Made by a program: the position numbers and the translations under genes. Source: Eledone cirrhosa (Eukaryota). From it: a stretch of 64,000 nt of DNA. The notes beneath the pieces are model-generated. The model was not told the origin of the DNA, ran no database searches, and worked only from the letters and a program-made list of their open reading frames with translations. The DNA is taken from assembly GCA_964016885.1 (NCBI GenBank), contig OZ024749.1, positions 49,910,001 through 49,974,000 on the forward strand, read 5' to 3'. Below, one piece after another: positions 59,217 to 64,000 of this stretch. Position 1 is the stretch's first letter. Each line of letters starts with the position of its first letter.

Positions 59217-59284
<68 letters not shown>

Positions 59285-59295
59285 CATGTATGTAT

Positions 59296-59508
59296 TTTAT
59301 TCATCGATCGACTTTCGTCAAATCGGACCGAGGAAACAATGTTTCCGTTGGTCTTTCCAGTTGCTAGTACTAACCATCGGTCGCAACTCCAGGTAGAAGG
59401 AGCAGCGTGAATTAAAGTGTCTTGCTCAAGGACATAACGGTCCAGGAATCGAACTCACAACCTCAAGATTGTGAATCCAATTCTCTAACCACTCAGCCAC
59501 ACGCCTTC
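59296..59508 (-). mobile_element. tRNA-derived SINE family B
   Basis: Reverse-complement head is gaaggcgtgTGGCTGAGTGGttagag...GAGTTCGATTCC, followed by tgtccttgagcaagacacttt. Confidence 0.85.
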
Positions 59509-59519
59509 ACGTATGTATG

Positions 59520-60438
<919 letters not shown>

Positions 60439-60439
60439 A

Positions 60440-60633
60440 TTTTTATAATATAAGTTATCCAATGTTCAATCGGGTTCAACCACAGTGAGTAAGGTACTCA
60501 ATACAAAGCAGAGTATGAAGGTTTAATATAGAAAACTTCCTACAGGTCTAGAACGGTTTTATTCGTGAGAAATCATCGTTAGCTTCCTGATGATATCTCA
60601 AGAATGAAACACTTCTAGTCCTGTAGAAGTCTT

Positions 60634-60643
<10 letters not shown>
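60440..60643 (-). mobile_element. Fold-back element with degenerate hammerhead cores at the fold
   Basis: Inverted repeat at about 60523-60643, CTGATGA...GAAAC at 60587-60610 and motif aggtactcaata at 60492. Confidence 0.75.
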
Positions 60644-60672
<29 letters not shown>

Positions 60673-60678
60673 GATTAA

Positions 60679-60745
<67 letters not shown>

Positions 60746-60746
60746 T

Positions 60747-60807
<61 letters not shown>

Positions 60808-60818
60808 CAATTAATAAA

Positions 60819-60866
<48 letters not shown>

Positions 60867-61849
60867 TTCTATTTCTTCATACCTGCACCATAAATTTACC
60901 CGAACCGATGTATTTGTTCATTAACAACTTGACAGTTGTTACATTCTGGGGACATTTCTCAAACACCAATCTTCGGCTAGCTAGTATTGCAGGTATTTTC
61001 ACAGCAGTCTTCCAGCATATATATTCGCCTTAGCTGTTTCCTACTTTTTATATTATGTGTCAAATAATTATTCTACGGAGACCGAAACCCATATAGATAA
61101 TGAAAAGTTATTGCCTTTACATCTCTTAAATATACTTACGTTGTTCTCTTGCTGGCATTTTCCTTACTTTTTTTTGGTTTACATTTTGACTTTATTAAAC
61201 ATTCGCCTGGTTTTTTTTTATTTTTGGTGCCATACTTTTTCAATGGTCTAACTTATTTTACTCTTCTGTGTATTTTTTCCGCATACGTTGTGTCTTCTAT
61301 AAAATGTTGCAGTAGGTTGTAACTTTAATTTATTACCTATTAGCATTCCAATTCTATTCAACTTTCTATATGAGCATATTTTCTCATCCCGTATATTTTT
61401 TCTCCTTGTATATTTATTTTCCTTTGCCATTAAAATTTGTATTATATTTTCTTATAACGTGGTGGATTTTTGCACATTAGGTTTAGTTTCCAAATTTGAT
61501 TGAGAACCATTGATGTTTTATATTCTCTTATCATATTTGTATGCATTAATTTCACGTTCACCACTGTGAATCTAAGATACACGCACACACAAACACACAA
61601 ACACAGCCACACACACAGAGCTTTATATAAACAAGCCGCCTCCTCTCTCACTTTCATTCTTTTTTCTCTATCACTGTACATATATATATGTGTATGTATA
61701 TATATACGTGTATGTCTGTGCGTGTGTGTGTGCCTGTGTGCGAACATGTATATATATATATATATAGTAATAGTAATGAATTTGAAGACTAAAATCCAAA
61801 GAGGGCTCGATAAGCATAAATATATATCAAATATACAAGAACCGTAGAG

Positions 61850-61929
<80 letters not shown>

Positions 61930-62048
61930 GCGTGTGTGTGTGTGTTTGTGGGGGGGGGGGGGGTGTAATTATCAATTTATATCTATCTATGGTGGCTAAA
62001 AAGTCCTAGATCCATGGACGAGTTTTCTCCAGCGGTTTCTGTCCTTCA

Positions 62049-62580
62049 TCATCTCCGACATGTCCTGCGTCTCTTCTGCGTTACATTCGAGCTGACATTT
62101 GCGAGGCTCCAGTAGAGCTCTGAGTTATTCCTCCTCAGTGCATACTCATTTATGTTCAGAGCCATCCTCAGCATTATCGTGTAACACACATCCATCATAT
62201 GAGTGAGTGTTTTGGTCAGTGCCCAAGTCTCAGACCCGTACACTAACACAGACTCCACTGTAGCAACGATGACACATATGTTCAGGTCTTTATGAATGTC
62301 CGACGTCCACACCGATCTCAAACTGTGGCAAGCTGCCGAGACACTGGTCTTACTCTAAACCACATCGTCCTCTGTGTTCCCAATCTTTGCTCCCAGATAC
62401 TGGAAGTCATCAACCAAACATAGCGCCTACTCCTACATACATAACCTTATCTAGCTTCTTAATGTTCTCTACCAGATGCATCGTCTTAATCTCATTCATT
62501 CTCAGCCCCATTCTCATCGGCAGAGTCTCCAACTCCTGCATCAAATACTCTGCCTCCTCCACTATGTTTGTCACTGGAAC
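62049..62580 (-). mobile_element. Decayed RTE-clade LINE RT C-terminal fragment
   Basis: VDDFQYLGAKI..., ATVESVLVYGSETWALTK..CYTIMLRMALNI..NSELY are typical RTE motifs. Confidence 0.85.
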
Positions 62581-62617
62581 TACGCATCTATCTCTCTCTC
62601 TCTATATATATATATAT

Positions 62618-62770
62618 AACTTTTGATGCATGCTTAAAGCGTCCGTATGTGGTAGGCCGTATGAGCACTCAATGCCCTTGAAGAGGAGAGTACGATGTCA
62701 CAGAAAAAAGAGATTGTAATATGTCCAATAAATTTCTTTCGTCGCAACACTGATTCACCTTTTTCTATCA
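62618..62770 (-). mobile_element. Family G copy with the hairpin core deleted
   Basis: The leader and left-arm start (tcacagaaaaaagag) are joined to the right-arm sequence (attgtaatatgtccaataaat..cgtcgcaacactgatt) of 41927-42324. Confidence 0.8.
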
Positions 62771-64000
62771 ATAAATACACATGTGTGTATGTGTGCGTGT
62801 GTGTATGTGCGTATGTGTGCGTGTGTGCGTGTGTGCGTGTGTGTGCGTGCGTGTTTAAAGGCCATTCAGAAATAGTGTGACAGATTTCCGAAGAAACGTT
62901 TAACCTATTCTGTAATTCTACATATTATATGGGAGAACGTGTCTTCGAAATCCGTTTAACATTTTGTAATATAAAGGATCAGGTATTACTATTTTCCTAT
63001 ATATTCTGTTCAGGAAATATTGTATCATTATCAATATTATATTGAGTTGTTTCGGTGCTAAATTTCTGTTCATGTTAACGTTTTCTTTACCATGTGTTTC
63101 TCCATCCTATTATATCTTCTCGTTAGTTTCCAGTTCTTTCTAACAATTGTCCACTCTCGATATATCCGTCTCTCTGTTTTCATTTGCAAACTTTAATTCA
63201 CTTTTACTATAACTCTCTCAATCTACGTTTCCTACTCACACACGAGAGCAACGCATTTATCCTTAATTTCTTTGTTTAAGCTTTAATTATGTTCTTCATC
63301 CGTTTAATGTCTATCCTACTTTACTATATTATCATTTTTAGTATTGCTTCCTGCTTTATACAACGCAATATTAATCTACTAATTTCCGCTCTCCTTTATA
63401 ATGGCCTCCTCTTTATTTCTCATTGGTATTCGTATCGCACTCATTCTGCTTCTATTCTCATTCAATTCATATTTTATAAGATTTCATTGCCTCTAATCTG
63501 AAACCCTTATATAATGTTATTGCTATATTGTCACACTTGTACTTTTGTGCTCTCAATGAAAATGCATAAAATGTATTCATATGATCTGTGCGTTGTTAAT
63601 ACTGATAATATTATTTCGATTCAGTTTCGGATTCAGTTTCTGAGAATTAACTTTATATATCTCTTTAATAATAATTTAAACTTGCCATTATTTTCCATTC
63701 CAGTTTAAGTTATATCAAATGAAACTTTTTAAATCCATCTAATGGAAAGTACCCGATTTGCATAACAAATATAAATAGATAGATATATGAATGATATATT
63801 TAAATTTTAACTACTTTAAGAGTCTTGTTTCTGCAATACAGAATGCAGGGATCAATAAAAATGCGTTAATGTATTTAGTCATGTTGTTTATACATTCTGA
63901 ATACAAATACAGTTTCTAACAATATTTATTTCAATCGGTGATAATGTGCAGAAACTATACTATCCGTAGATGCGTCTCTAAATATAATTGTTGTTTGAGC

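Larger units (their letters stand above)
58489..59221 (-). mobile_element. Retrozyme-like element: 407-bp non-coding monomer, partial tandem and ~265-bp inversion, with two hammerheads
   Basis: cggaaaaaatgaaacgaaatttc occurs at 58491 and 58898. Inverted arms span about 58545-58813 and 58962-59221. (TA)n lies on both sides. Confidence 0.85.

Overview
AT-rich, microsatellite-saturated eukaryotic non-coding DNA. The dominant tRNA-derived SINE resembles octopod cephalopod SINEs (from recollection, not a database search). No intact host gene is supportable, and nearly all ORF-track entries are translated microsatellites. The window holds decayed retroelements: a Tx1/L1-like LINE, RTE fragments, an R4/Dong-like RT fragment, a CRE-like endonuclease tail and a Penelope-like element with a GIY-YIG domain. 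It also has about a dozen SINE copies, several with target-site duplications (TSDs). The most notable signal is about 20 short non-coding elements from several unrelated families inserted in (TA)n tracts. Many are fold-back palindromes. Several carry minimal type I hammerhead ribozymes, including a U3-A8 covariant core. Many share an RRGYACTCRAT-like motif about 45 nt from the (TA)n junction, and most lie on the minus strand. One such terminus is contiguous with a CRE-like ORF end. Together these suggest a microsatellite-targeted, ribozyme-bearing retroposition system.
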